Source of the DNA: the human T2T-CHM13v2.0 reference genome, Homo sapiens
DNA: 64,000 nucleotides
Reading direction: 5' to 3' (one strand)
NCBI RefSeq assembly: GCF_009914755.1
Contig: NC_060932.1
Of this stretch, positions 32,528-46,243 are shown in pieces (positions within the stretch are counted from its first letter, which is position 1; every line of letters begins with the position of its first letter). A model generated the notes under the pieces. It had not been told where the DNA came from, did not search any database, and saw nothing but the letters and a program-made list of their open reading frames with translations. The position numbers were made by a program, and so were the translations under genes.

Positions 32528-35025
32528 TTTATTTAATTTTTTGCTGACATACTATGAGGCAAAACAAAATTGACACCATACAAAATAACTTTATAAAATA
32601 TCATTCACATCATATTTTATCAGATTTACAGCATTCTGTGCATGTTAGGGGTTATGTAAGGAGGTGAAAAAACACTATGCCAAACTTTTAGTATTAGTTT
32701 ATATACACACAGTAAGAAACAAAACAAGTAACTGTTAGGTTTTCCATGAATTTATTGCAAAAATAGTGCAAACTACTTCACCTAGTAAGCTGTAAAAACA
32801 AACTAGAAAGGACCCAGCTAAGCTTAAACACGACAATAGATGCTCAGTTTCTCAGCATTTAGCTTTCTTCACCAGTTTTATCTTGACAATCAAGACCACT
32901 CCCCATCTGTTCAGTTTCGGGTGAGTGCTGAGGAATAGAGAAATGTGAAGACGGGCTCTCTGGAGAGACCAGAGGCTCGGGCTGCCTGATTTCAGCAACA
33001 CATTTAGGATCATGCTACTTCCTCAATCGCAATTTTTCTGAGGTCTGTGTTGGGGGAAAAAAAAAAAAGGTGACATGATTTTTAACCTTGAGCTTAGAAA
33101 TAAGTTATCCAACCTCTTGATGACATGGAGAAATGAATTAAGAAAGCAGCATGAACAGGAAGGATTCAGAACATTATTGTCTGCTTATAAACACAGTGTC
33201 TGCCTCCTCAGGTGTATTTGGCTAAAGTATTATTCTAATATAGGGCAACCTTCGAGCCAGATATTGCAGCAATTTTTTTAAATTTTTTTTAATTTTTATT
33301 TTTTAAGGATACTATATCCCTACAAGAGTAATTTTTAAATTTCTTTCAACAGTCTATTGGGGTCCAAAAAGCATATATCAAAACAAAAATAACAAAAGCA
33401 AAACAAAATGCTACATGTAAAAGCTAAAGAAAGAAAATGCAGCATATTCAGGTTCTTTTTCTTGAGGTACCTATATAAATTTAATCACCTGCCCCAAAGT
33501 CCTCTCGTTAGGTTAAAAACACAATGCGTCCTGGGGAGCCAATTGCCCGGCACGTCTTATTACTGAGAAAGTGCAAGAATGCTGATCATCTTATGCAGCA
33601 TACTAAAGGATGATTTACTCTTTACAAAATAGAGCTTAAGTATCAACCTGATGGAAGTTAGAAAATTAAAAACATTTAAGTAGAATCATCTCTCTCTCTA
33701 TTTTTGAGATCCTGCAGCAAAAAGCCTCCCAAATCAACTTTCAAAGTTCTGCCATTAAGGAATGTTGGTTCTCTTGTAAAATTCAGAGATCTCTTTAAAA
33801 TAGTAAAACTATATACTACAGGAAAGATCCCTAATTTTTATTTCTTATTGGTATAAAATCAAATTCTTAAGACTCCAAAATATTGTTACCTCCAAAGAAT
33901 TAAGTAAAAAAAGATCGCCATAGTAGGAAAAGTCTAGAATTGTAAACTGCCAAATATAAAAGCATGGTAAGTCATCAACCTATCTCATTTTCTTACCTGT
34001 CAGAAAGCCTTCCTAACTTACAGGCACACAGGGCCGCTGCTGAATGCAGGCCTCTGCCTCCACAAAGCCACGAGCTCTGGCTCGCCCCTTTCTGTCCATG
34101 GCCATTAGCACCTCCACCAGGTAGGTCAGGAGAGATGAAATCGACAACAGTCCGTTTGCTGCTTATGAAATAAACTCTTAGAAAATGTGCCAGAGGAAGA
34201 GGGGGCATGAATGGCTAGAAAAGCAATGATGAGGGTACTTGGGATTTTTTTTCTGGCCACCCCTTCACTGGCACAGAAAATGAAGTGATAAGCTATAAAT
34301 ATGTGCATAGAGGAGTTTGGACTTTATTGTTTGTAAAATGTTAAATTTGCTCTTGGACATTTTTTTTTTTCTTTTCACAGGGGGGCAGTCGGGATTATAA
34401 TACACTGTAGCAGTTGGCTGGGGAAAAGTCTATCAAATTCCATGACCAATTGGACTTTTCTCCCACCTGTAATATAAATAAAATATGTACTGTTTCATAC
34501 TGAATTTTTTCAATGCATTGGGGTTCAACATAAAAGGCACAAATAAATAAAAATATCATTAAATAAACGGAAATTACAATTTCAAGTTTCATGTGGAGTT
34601 GTATCTCACTGTTTGGTTACTTTTTCCAATTTAATTTGACAGACTTAGTAATAGCACCCAACTGTTTAACTGAGGTAGATCCACATTGTAAAGAAAGCTG
34701 GGTCCCCTCCATTTTATCTCTAAATTTATGATACTTTTATAAAAACAAAAATCCATTTAAATCATATGCAGAAGCGATGACAGGTGGTACTACCTGAAGA
34801 AAGCTTAGAACATGAGCAGGTTTGCAAATAAGACCTACGCCCAAATCACACTCTCCATCAGCCACACAGAAATCTCAGACTGGAGGGGAAAAAAAAAAAG
34901 AAACATGAAAAAAAAAAAAAAACCCTGAAAAAGTCGCAAGACTTTTAGAACAGGTCTTTTTGACTGTCACAGAAATGCACAATGGTCCATTTTCATCAAG
35001 CTATGGCCATAGCCAAGCTAGACAA

Positions 35026-35064
<39 letters not shown>

Positions 35065-38000
35065 GGAGGGGGAGGGGGGAGAGGGGGAGAGAGAGAGAGA
35101 GAGAGAGAGAGGTGTATCACTGAATGCTTCCCTTTAACTCCAGAAAAAAATAACTTGAATTATGATACAGCATCTTGATCTGAACAGTTTACACTCACTC
35201 TGCCTAATATTTTTGCATACTCTGAAACTCACAAATTTAACATCTGATTAAGGCTTAATTTAAAGTGGCATTGCCACCTAGCATCATGCAAGCGTGGACA
35301 TCTTCAAGACACACAGCATGGTATTCAACTAAAGACAATGACATGAAGCCTCAGAATTGTATTTAGCAGGTACTATAATTTTATAATTAATTTTACAATT
35401 CATGTAGCAAATGGAAAATCATACAGAGAGGCCAATGTATATAAATAAGAGTTTATACAGAAACTGCCAATTCACAAAACAGCACTGCATGGTTTCTATA
35501 TTGCAAGCACAAGACATGGTCACATGGTTCCACTGTACAGGTAGAAACAAGCCCACAGACAATACATAGAGTACCACCTGAAACGAGGCCCTTGGAGCTG
35601 CTCAGCTTCTTAGAAAATAGAGAACTTTCAATGGTCATAATACATTTTGATTCAAAATGTCTTCTAAAATGTTTTCATTGTGGGAGAAAATTAAGAAGGG
35701 GCAAAAATCCATCTATGGAACTTCTGAATTCATTTTTGGTTCTTTTTCAATTATTTTATAAAAATAAAATAAAACTAGAAAAATTGATAAAACTAAGGGT
35801 TAAAAGCCCTCAATATGTATTAGGTAAGTAATCTGAAGTGTACCAGAGGTAAGAAAAAGCTGGATTTAGATACTACATTCTTTTCCTGTATTTAATGAGT
35901 AATTAGCCACTTTGCTGCACAGAAACTTATAAATTATTCTCTCAAAACTTTTTAAAAAATAAAAACTTGCTTGCCTCTACAGTTATAAAACATGAATTCA
36001 TACCTTTAACAACTACATTAAAATCCACTATCAAACTCAGGCCTGGAATTTCAATGCAACGCCACCCTCCATACTGTAGGGTTTGAGTCACGCGTGTCTG
36101 TTTGGCTTTGAAGAGGAACTGGGATGGCAGCCACAGTGCTCCCTCTGCAGCCGTTGCCTCTGTGGAGGGAGAGGCCATTCCTTGCCTTGCAGGATGGTGG
36201 GTTGGGGGAGAAAGAGGGGAGGGCCAAGAGGAGCCACCAAGAAGAACTTCCTAGGTATTTAAGAAATAAGTACATGGGATTACTTCCCCACTTAAAACCA
36301 ATAAAATCACCCCTTGACAGGGACAGGTGGTTTCTCAGGCCATTGGCCAAGAAACTGCTCAATACCTGGCTTGAAAAAGCTAGAGATAAAAACTGCCTGT
36401 TAGGTTAAGTCAAAACTGGTGTCCTATGTGCACAGCTCAAGGTGACACCACACCAAAGTAGGCGGTTTCCCAGGAAGTCACAAAACAGAGCAACAGTAAT
36501 GAAGAGCATTCCAAAATAAGGGTCACAGGACTGAATAGCACCTTACAGCTGAGGACTTCACACACACACATTCTACAAAGACATGATTCCAATTCCTTTT
36601 TTAAAAAATCTACTTCCATTACAATAAATATTCTTCTCGAGTGACTATGAGAACAAGACCACCAGGCTTTGCTGATGGTCATGGTCAATGCATAAGAGAT
36701 GGGTCTTGCACCAATCTCCTGCAATCCTGGCAGAGGTGGACTTGGTCAGGGTATGGGAGAAACCACACGACTGGAACCAAGTGTTTTCCGCAATGAGACC
36801 GAGTGCGTCCCCCGCGGCTCCAGACTGCATGGCATCACAGTTTACAAGTCAGGGGCTGAGGAGCGGAAAGAAAGCTTCCAAGGCTGGAGGTCCACGCCTG
36901 CCTTGTGGAATGGCACAGGCTTAGTTCCCCAGAGAAACGCAGCCCCAACATGATTCTGAAAGGACACTGAGGACCGGACTTTAAAGGCACAGAGTCTGAG
37001 ACTGGGTCTTCCAGAACGCGATCAGGCTGGCACTGATGGAGACAGAGGAAGGCCTTGGCACCACCAGCTTCTTGGGACAGAGGGACCTGCCGTCTCCCAC
37101 CCAAGACTGCGCACACAACTCCCAGAGTTCAAAGGAGCCCCGGACCCCTACACGAGCACCCCGATCTATGAAGTCGCTTGCACTGTGCCCTGCTGGTTGG
37201 TGCTGTGGGGTGTTCTTGGGATCAACTCACTCATTTTAAGGACCTTGGAGCTACAGAAAGAACTGAATAAGAATGGCCCCAACGTCCAGTTCCTGGAGAC
37301 ACTTGGGGGAAAGAGTTAATATTTGGTGTTTTAGCTTTAACTCTGAACTACTTAAATCCAAGGAGGTTTTAAATAGGAGATAACTCAGCCTCTTCCTACC
37401 CCCCAAAAGGGGGCTGGGGGCTGAGGTGAGGACTTAACCCTTTAATCATACCACCCACAGCATTTAAAAACCTAACAACACATCTAACATTTCCACACCA
37501 ACCAATAAGATAGAAACGTGTTAACAAAAGCACCAGGAATCTTCAGTTCTCTCACTTCTGAGTAAATTCTCACAAACGCGAAGATGGTGGGAGGGCCCAG
37601 CGCAGCATTCCGGAGATGCGCGTGCAGGAAGCTTGCGGTGGATCTGCGTGCTGCAGCTCCCATGACTGAGTCGAGGGGCGAGCGGCTGTGCAGTGTCCCC
37701 TCGAAACACCCTGGACCAGATTCTGACAGCCCAAGGCCAGCCCAGCGGACCCAAGCAGCCTGTACCCTGGGCCGGCAGGCAGTGGGACACCCACGGGGGC
37801 CCAAGCCTCTTGAGGTCGGTCCGCACAGAACAGCGTGGCGGCAGAATTACAAAACATTCTCAGAGAGACTGCAAAGGACACTTAGCTCTTCCGGAATGAA
37901 AGCACGCAACGCAGCATAAAAAGCATCGAAACCCCAAACAGCAGAGTGTTAAAGGCAATTGCTTCCAGGTAGTGACGTAGTAGAACCGCCGGGGCCAAAC

Positions 38001-41000
38001 TCAATGTCTGATGAGCAGCCAACATGAGAACGGGGCCACCTCCAAACACCCAGACACCTCCAACTGTCAGATCATCGCCTGTCAACTCAGAGTAAACTCA
38101 TGGAGAAATTGGGGCGAGCGCTAACCTCAAGATCGGGCAACATATGGAACCCAAAGAAAGAAGCGAAGGAGGCCCCGGGCCCACAGCACAGTGTATGGGA
38201 AAATGACATTTCTGACAGCAAAGTGGTTAATCACAGGGAGGGGTGTTCAGAGCCTCCCAGGACCGACTTCCTGCAAGTCAGCATCAGACGGTCCACTGCG
38301 CCACTAGTGGGAACTTCTACTTCAAAACACCAGCTGTGGGCCCTGTGTTCTTTTCAAACAAAGGGCCCTGGATTTGAACAGAATGCTTTGCTTTCAACCC
38401 TTAGTTTGTTTTGCAGTAGGGAGTGAGAGTAACCCGAGGTCCCAAAGTCAAAGGCCAATTACGTCTGCATTGTCTTTGAAACCATGCAACTATTTTAAAT
38501 GTATTATTTGCATGACAGTCGGTGTTGAAGCACCTTTGTGATTTTACAGAGTGTATAAAAGAGAGGAGAGGACAGAGGAGGCCATTTTCAACCCATTTGT
38601 AGGTAAAGCAGAAAAAAAAGTGCTTTCTTATATTAAATAGGAAAGTGAAAAGCCAGGCAGGACACAGGCTGTTTCAAGATTTTGCCACACCTGCGCAGGC
38701 TCCTGCCAGCCTGAAGGATGGCATGCCGTTATGCCGTCCCGTGCAGAGAACCCTCCCATGCCATTCGTGCCGGCCGTAGAATCCTAGAATCTCAAAGCTG
38801 CGCAGAACAGAGGTGACCCTGGTCCACCTGACACAGTAGAGGAGGAGGGGCTGCCCGTGGGTCACAGTATGGCACACACATTTTCAAGCCAGAACTGAAC
38901 AGATAGATGTTCACAATTCAGTTTATTCAGGCAACATATTGGCTGTTTTCAGTGTGGACAGCTACACTTAAGAGCAAACATGATGAATCTATTGAGAATT
39001 CAGAGGTAGCCTTTATCTGCATTTTTTTTTAAACTAAAAGGTATTTAGGAACCACCTTCTGTAGTGATTTGGCTAAGCCAATACATTCACTTTAGACAAT
39101 AACATGGCAAAACATACTGAAAGAAGCATAAGCGAGGGCACCGTAATGGCACTGGTGTGACTCGGACACACACACAGACTGGTCTGGGGCTGAAAAACTT
39201 CTTGCTGGGTGTGACACAGGGTAGCCTGACCACAGAGTGACACACGGGGGCTACAGCACACGCTGCTACTCCAGCAAAATAACGGGCACAAATGACAGCT
39301 TTGACACGACAGTAACCTCATGGCTTTAAGATGACTCTGACCACAGAGATGCAAGGAGGCCCTTGCGTCCTAGTAGCAGGCGGAGCAGATGCCTCCCGTC
39401 TGGACTGTCCCAGGCTGGGTGGAACTCAAAGACCATGCTTTGGAGAGCCACGGTAAGCGACGAGGAATCAAACAGACCACAACAGTGTTCACAAGACTGC
39501 AACGAGTCTGCTTAGGACTAAATCATCAGGCACCAAGAGACCATGTTCTCCTAGTAACCGATCTAGAACTTCCCTTCAGAAGAAAAAGAAAATGAGGCGA
39601 ACTTGTCCTTCATAAATGGTCAACAGACACGAAGCTAAAGGGCGGAACAGAGTTAAGTCCACACAACTTTAACACATAATACTGAATACGAGGCAGTGTC
39701 TCCACAACAGAGCCACGTGTTGCATTCATGTCACTTCTCCTACCACAAATCTATTTACAATCATCTCAAACAAGTACAGCAGATGCGAAGTGGGACATCG
39801 TAAAAAGAAGTTGTCAAAAAATCAGTGCAATTATTTTGAGTCGAAGATTTTCCTCATAAAAAAGAGTCAGCGTGTGTGTGTGTAACAGGGGCACCCCCAT
39901 GACAAAGTCACAGGTGCACTGCATCCGCACCGAGAAGCGTCACAGCAGACGAGACTGCTGGCACGGCAGCTAGAGTGCAACTCCTCGGTCACTTTGGGGA
40001 AGGGCTTCAAACATAAATGAAATACTCACGTTCTGCAAGTGAGGCGCATGAGCACTGAGGAAGTTTCTGTTTCTATTTATTGTACATTCCTTTTCTCATG
40101 AGCGTGAGAGATGGGTCAGAGAGAGGTCACAGGAAAATGTCGTATGGCTTGTCTGGGCCACTGGGATTGTCCACTGTCTGGATTATGTCGACTTCTAAAG
40201 CTCCTCCTAATGGAACTGCCTTATGTGTAGGAAAATGCCCATGAAAAATCCTTTTAACTGTCCAGCGGGTCACAGTCCCGCCGAAGGACTCATCCAGTTC
40301 CCAGAGGCGCAGGGAACAAGCCACGGGCCACCCCAGCCCCAAAGGCCTCCTGGGGACACTCCGGTGTCCCGGCTGCCTGACGTGTGGCCGGTCTATCCTA
40401 GCGTATTGTATCAAATATATAATTTGACTGAAAAACTGCCTTGTAAAAATAAAATTTAAACCACCCCGCAGATCAATGTAAAATTACATTGCTGCATATA
40501 TAAGAAAAACAATTCATCCAGAAAAATCACATTTGTGGCTTTCAAAAATAAATCATCCAGCAAACTTGAAGGTAAACATTAGGCAATTTATAAAAGTTGG
40601 GGAAATAATTTCTATCATATCCATTAGGTACCACATGCACTGGAATATCTGTGTCGGCCAAACCAAACCAGAGCAGAAAGGAAAAAATAAATAGCAATAT
40701 TTGCATTTAACAGCAATAAAAGTAACAAATAACAACAACAATAAAACCCCCCACCTACTAACCCCACTACAGGAACTGAACTGACATGATCTGTTCTAAT
40801 GGGCACTCCGTCACGGGGGTAAACATTAGTGATAGCAGTTTAGGTCAGCCTCAAACAAACAGCGTGGAGGTCACTGCCTGCTTCCAACAGTTCCCTCTTG
40901 GGCAAGCTGTACAATGGTCACGCATCGTTTGTGGTTCTAGAGTGCAAACATTCATTCAAAGGAGTGTGAGACCACCACCGAAAAGCAACATCATCTGGAA

Positions 41001-43721
41001 AAGAAAAGGGAGACCCTGATGTGCAATCAAAAGGCTGCATGTAAAGACTGCTTGAACCAGAGAAAACCAAAACTTAAGGAAAACGATCCCTTTCTAAAAG
41101 TACAGCTATGCCCAGTTTTACAAAATTTATCCAAACCAGGAAAATCTGAGCTTAGGACACACAAAACAACAGGACGGTGGCTTTGCGTCACCGAAGGGCT
41201 CACACACGAGGGCAGCTTTCCACCGCTCCCCTGGTGTTCGTTAATTGCGTCGTCATTACAGCAAGAACTTGTCAAATGTGATAGGGTAGTGGTAAAAGGA
41301 TGGGAGTACATCAATGTTTTTAAAAAGTGAACATGTAAAAACACACCAGGAAGAGTCCCAGTACAGAAATCGAATTGGGAGACCTCTTTTAAAGAGATGA
41401 GATAAAATCCCAGTTTTTCTTTTAAACAAACCCAGACTTCTACACATAATTTTCACATTCAGTTTGCTTAAAGCAAGGCACACCTTACTTAACAGTGGGA
41501 TGGGGACAAAGCCAGCGAGTGGGCACCCCTCAAATCTTGACAGGCCCAGGGGGGCAGCAGTGGACAGGGAAGGGTGGCAAGGCCCCAGGCACCCACATGA
41601 TCAGACGATCAGATGCCGGGGAAGGGCCACCTCTGGCTTTCACGTGAACAGGGCTGGGACTTACCCTACTGTACTTTGAGGTTTTTACACTGTCTCAAAA
41701 TTTATCCTAATAATGCAGGGATTGGTAAAAATTTGAGAAAACAATTGTTTACCTGAGAAATTGTAACTACAGCCATTTAAACTCTGAATCATCAGACATG
41801 TACAAAGGTGTGCAGCTGACCCAGCTGGAGATGTTTGGTCTATTAATGTTTTTAGTATTAAAAGTTTTATAAAACAAGCATAGGGCTATAAAAAAGTACC
41901 CTTTTCGAAGTACTCTGGCCCACTAAAAATGAAAGTTTTCCTTCAAAATGATTAAAAAAAACAAAAATTGTAGTCCTACTTTTCTGCCAGCCCAGTCTGT
42001 CTCAGGCATCTGCTCAGGAAGCACCTCCTCCCTGCTGGGTGCCACCAGAGCTGGGTCCTCAGACCCCAGGGAGCCCAGGGCTGCAGGCCATCGCTTAGAC
42101 ACAGATGCCCTGGCCATCCCTGAAGTACCGCACGCAGGAGGTGGCAGCAGGCCCACAAATCTGCATGTTAAACAAGAACCGCCATCCCCCAGACAGCCTG
42201 ACGCAGGTGGAAGAAACACACCTTTGAGACACATGGTTCCAGATGATTGTAAAAATGGCTGGAAACTAATCTAATTTCAGATTTGAAAAGTTATTAGTCA
42301 CAAGATTCCCTCCTTAGCTTGAATGCATCCATTAATTTAAGCTACGAGCATGTCTGTATCCTTCTGAAAACAGGAGAAAGTGCCACTTGCCACTAAAACA
42401 AAAGGAACTGCCATTTCTTAGAGTGGGAGCTTCTGTCATTTAAAAAGATTAAAAAAAAATACAGCCAGAAGAGACTAATGCCATTAATAAGACACTCACA
42501 CACAGGGACACACGCATGCACACACACACACACCACTCTGAGTACACATCTTCACAAATAATAGTCATCCCTTTGTCATTGCCGCCAATATCCAGGCGAG
42601 GTATCGGGAGACCCCCGACCTGCGGCTTGCTGCCCCTCCTGCTGCCTCCAAAGCAGCTGAGCACAAAGGTGGGGGGGGGGTGCCGCTGAGCAGGAGGCAG
42701 CTCCTTTGGCACCCCACCCCACCACAGTGCCGAGGTAAGTGTCGCGCAGGGCCGGGGAGGGAACAGCAGCAGGAAGAGGGGACCTACGGAGCGCACAGCA
42801 GCACTAGGGGAGGCTCGCCTCCTTCCTGACGCCTCTACACGGAACATGGATTTGAGTCTTACTAAAACTGTGTACAGAGACAAAAAGCCCACTCAGCACA
42901 AACAGAGTTGTCTGTTGTTAGCCTTCAAAATCGTCCGTGGTGTCACTCTTAGTGCAACAGTTTCTAGATTGGCAAACCCAAGTCTGGGGCCCCAAATGCA
43001 AACCCCAGAAGAACGGCCCATGCCCTCTGCTGGCCCTGCTATCCTTGGGCCTCCCAGGGCCAGGCAAGCTCCTTCGCTGTGACCGACGGCCTCACGCCCA
43101 GCAGAGCCACCACCAACAGCTTTCTACGAATCTCAGTGCATAGATCTATGGAAGTCATCTGACAAAAGAGCACACGGAGAGGAGTGAGTCCCCACACATC
43201 AATGTTTCCCAGCAATGCAAGAATAAATAATTTCCACTTGTGCTTCATCAGCTGAGTGAGTGACACACGGGGATGAGGCGGCAGGGAGGGTGGCGAGCGG
43301 CGCGGAGGGCACATCCGTCCCTCCCATGGGTACACGCTGCACAGTCTCCACGGGGGAAGCGGGTTGCTGTCACATTAAGTCAATTGCATATTCCTGTCCT
43401 TAAGCACTAAGAACTGAGAGGCGGTCCCATCTCCAGGCTCCAAAACACTCTTGATATGCCAAACAGATCACAGAAGCACCCCATAGTCAATAAAATGAAA
43501 AAACAGCATCTATCTATCACATTAATACTGCAAACCAGATATATATATTCTTCTCTTACATTAAAGACATAACAGTGAAAAAGGATTGTACTGTATTTAT
43601 CACCACAGACCCGTATTCTTTAAAAACTTTGGAAAATAAATGTCACAGTCCTATAGGACAAATCTGATGATTAGACTGTCAGTATATTGTCTTTTTTCTT
43701 TTTTTAAATACATTTTTTATT
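32528..43721 (-). terminator. Tandem AGO2 poly(A) signals (AATAAA on -): 43716-43721, 40076-40081, 38922-38927, 34323-34328, 33837-33842, 33295-33300, 32751-32756, 32528-32533
   Basis: tttatt on + at each position. The 40076 site has an adjacent upstream UGUA (CFIm motif). Confidence 0.6.
35024..35112. repeat. (GA)n / G-run purine-rich tract
   Basis: agagagagag...gggagggggaggggggagaggggg...gagagagaga, directly visible. Confidence 0.9.
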
Positions 43722-44404
43722 AAAATGGCACTTGTCTGCCAACCTCTCTGGACCTGGAAATGCTGTAAACACACGGGGCCCACCTTCTGCCACTGCTCCT
43801 TAGTTCAGGCCGGGTGAAGGGCGGTGCTGGCAGAACACGGCACCTGCGGACGCCTCTGCATGGCCACCGGCCCTCAGTCGAGGAACTTGGGTGAGCCACG
43901 CCAGGGGCACACGAGCATCGCCTGGAAATCAACTTTAGTGACAACATCAGAATGTTCAAGGCTTTAAAACCACACTTGTGTTTTGTGTTGCTTTCACTCT
44001 CAGAAGATTCACAGCTAGTTTGAGCCCATCAATTTCATAGAGAATCATGTATTAAAAACAAGTAAATTGAATGACCAAATAAATTAAAAATGTTTTAAAG
44101 CCCTGAGTTCATAGACTGGTTTTAGGAGATTTTTAGGACACACGGGACTCTGTTTTAATAAGCAGCTTATAGATTTTAGCAAACCATATTTCCTATGACA
44201 TTGGGTTCTCATACAGGTCTGCAGTTCAAAATCCAAGTTTGAAATCTGGGACGGAAGGCATTCTGGAAAACGGAGAATCTAATAAAATCAATGACGTCTC
44301 ATGTTCGATGCTGGCTGTCACGGAAGGGCTGGCCATCTGTTGGTCTGAGTGTAGCTGGTCTCGTGAATCCCACTCGGTACACAATCGCTAAACACTAAAA
44401 CATG

Positions 44405-44513
44405 TCAAGCAAAGTACATGGTGCGCAGAGTGTCTTGGTGAACCTGGACCGCCTTGGCCAGTGCTTGGTGGTCTCGCCCGTTACTCTGCCCAGAGGTATG
44501 GCTTCCTTCAGCA
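44405..44513 (-). CDS. AGO2: AGO2 terminal coding exon (exon 19; S824-A859, stop TGA)
   Basis: Acceptor cctgcag|T; translates to (S)[35 protein letters not shown]. Contains the S824-S834 phosphorylation cluster. Confidence 0.97.
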
Positions 44514-44776
44514 CTGCAGGGATGAGAGAGAGAGAGAATGAGAATGTGCAGCCTTAATGCACGATGAGGCAGTGCGTCGATCACTAAGTCGGGATGGCAT
44601 GGCGGGAACCTGGGAGAGGGAAGAGTCCCACGCTGACGGCCGTGCCATTAACAGGCCTTCTGGGGTGCCGGCTCCAGCCGCTGGGGCCCTGCCCCTTCCC
44701 CTTCCAGAAAAGCAGCTGCCAATACCCGTGGCAAAAACCACCCCTGCTGTGACCTCCAGCCAGGCATGCCACTCAC

Positions 44777-44976
44777 CTGTCATGTTCCTTATCCACCAGG
44801 TGGTACCTGGCCCGGAAGGCCACCAGGTGAGCGTAGTATGCTGGCGCTGGGATGGACACGGAGCGTGTGCAGCGCACGTAGGTGTGACACAGCTGGTAGG
44901 TTAGGATCTGCAGCTCATCAGAGGAGAAACGATTGTCGTCCCAGAGGACGTGATAGTGCGAAGGCCTGCTTGTCCC
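44777..44976 (-). CDS. AGO2: AGO2 exon 18 (G758-D823; catalytic H807)
   Basis: ttag|GGG...AG|gtgagt; translates to [66 protein letters not shown]; 200 nt. Confidence 0.97.
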
Positions 44977-45077
44977 CTAAAGCAGATCAGAAGATTAGAC
45001 AGTTGGACTCGCATAAAATCTTTAAAAGGATACTGTGGAGAAGATTTATATTTGTATTATTAAAAATGCATCATAGT

Positions 45078-46243
<1,166 letters not shown>

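Larger units (their letters stand above)
32500..44404 (-). other. AGO2: AGO2 extended 3' UTR (~11.9 kb); distal end inferred from the last AATAAA
   Basis: Continuous non-coding, Alu-free sequence after the AGO2 stop, U-rich on the - strand. It ends at AATAAA 32528-32533, beyond which Alu-dense sequence resumes. Confidence 0.75.
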
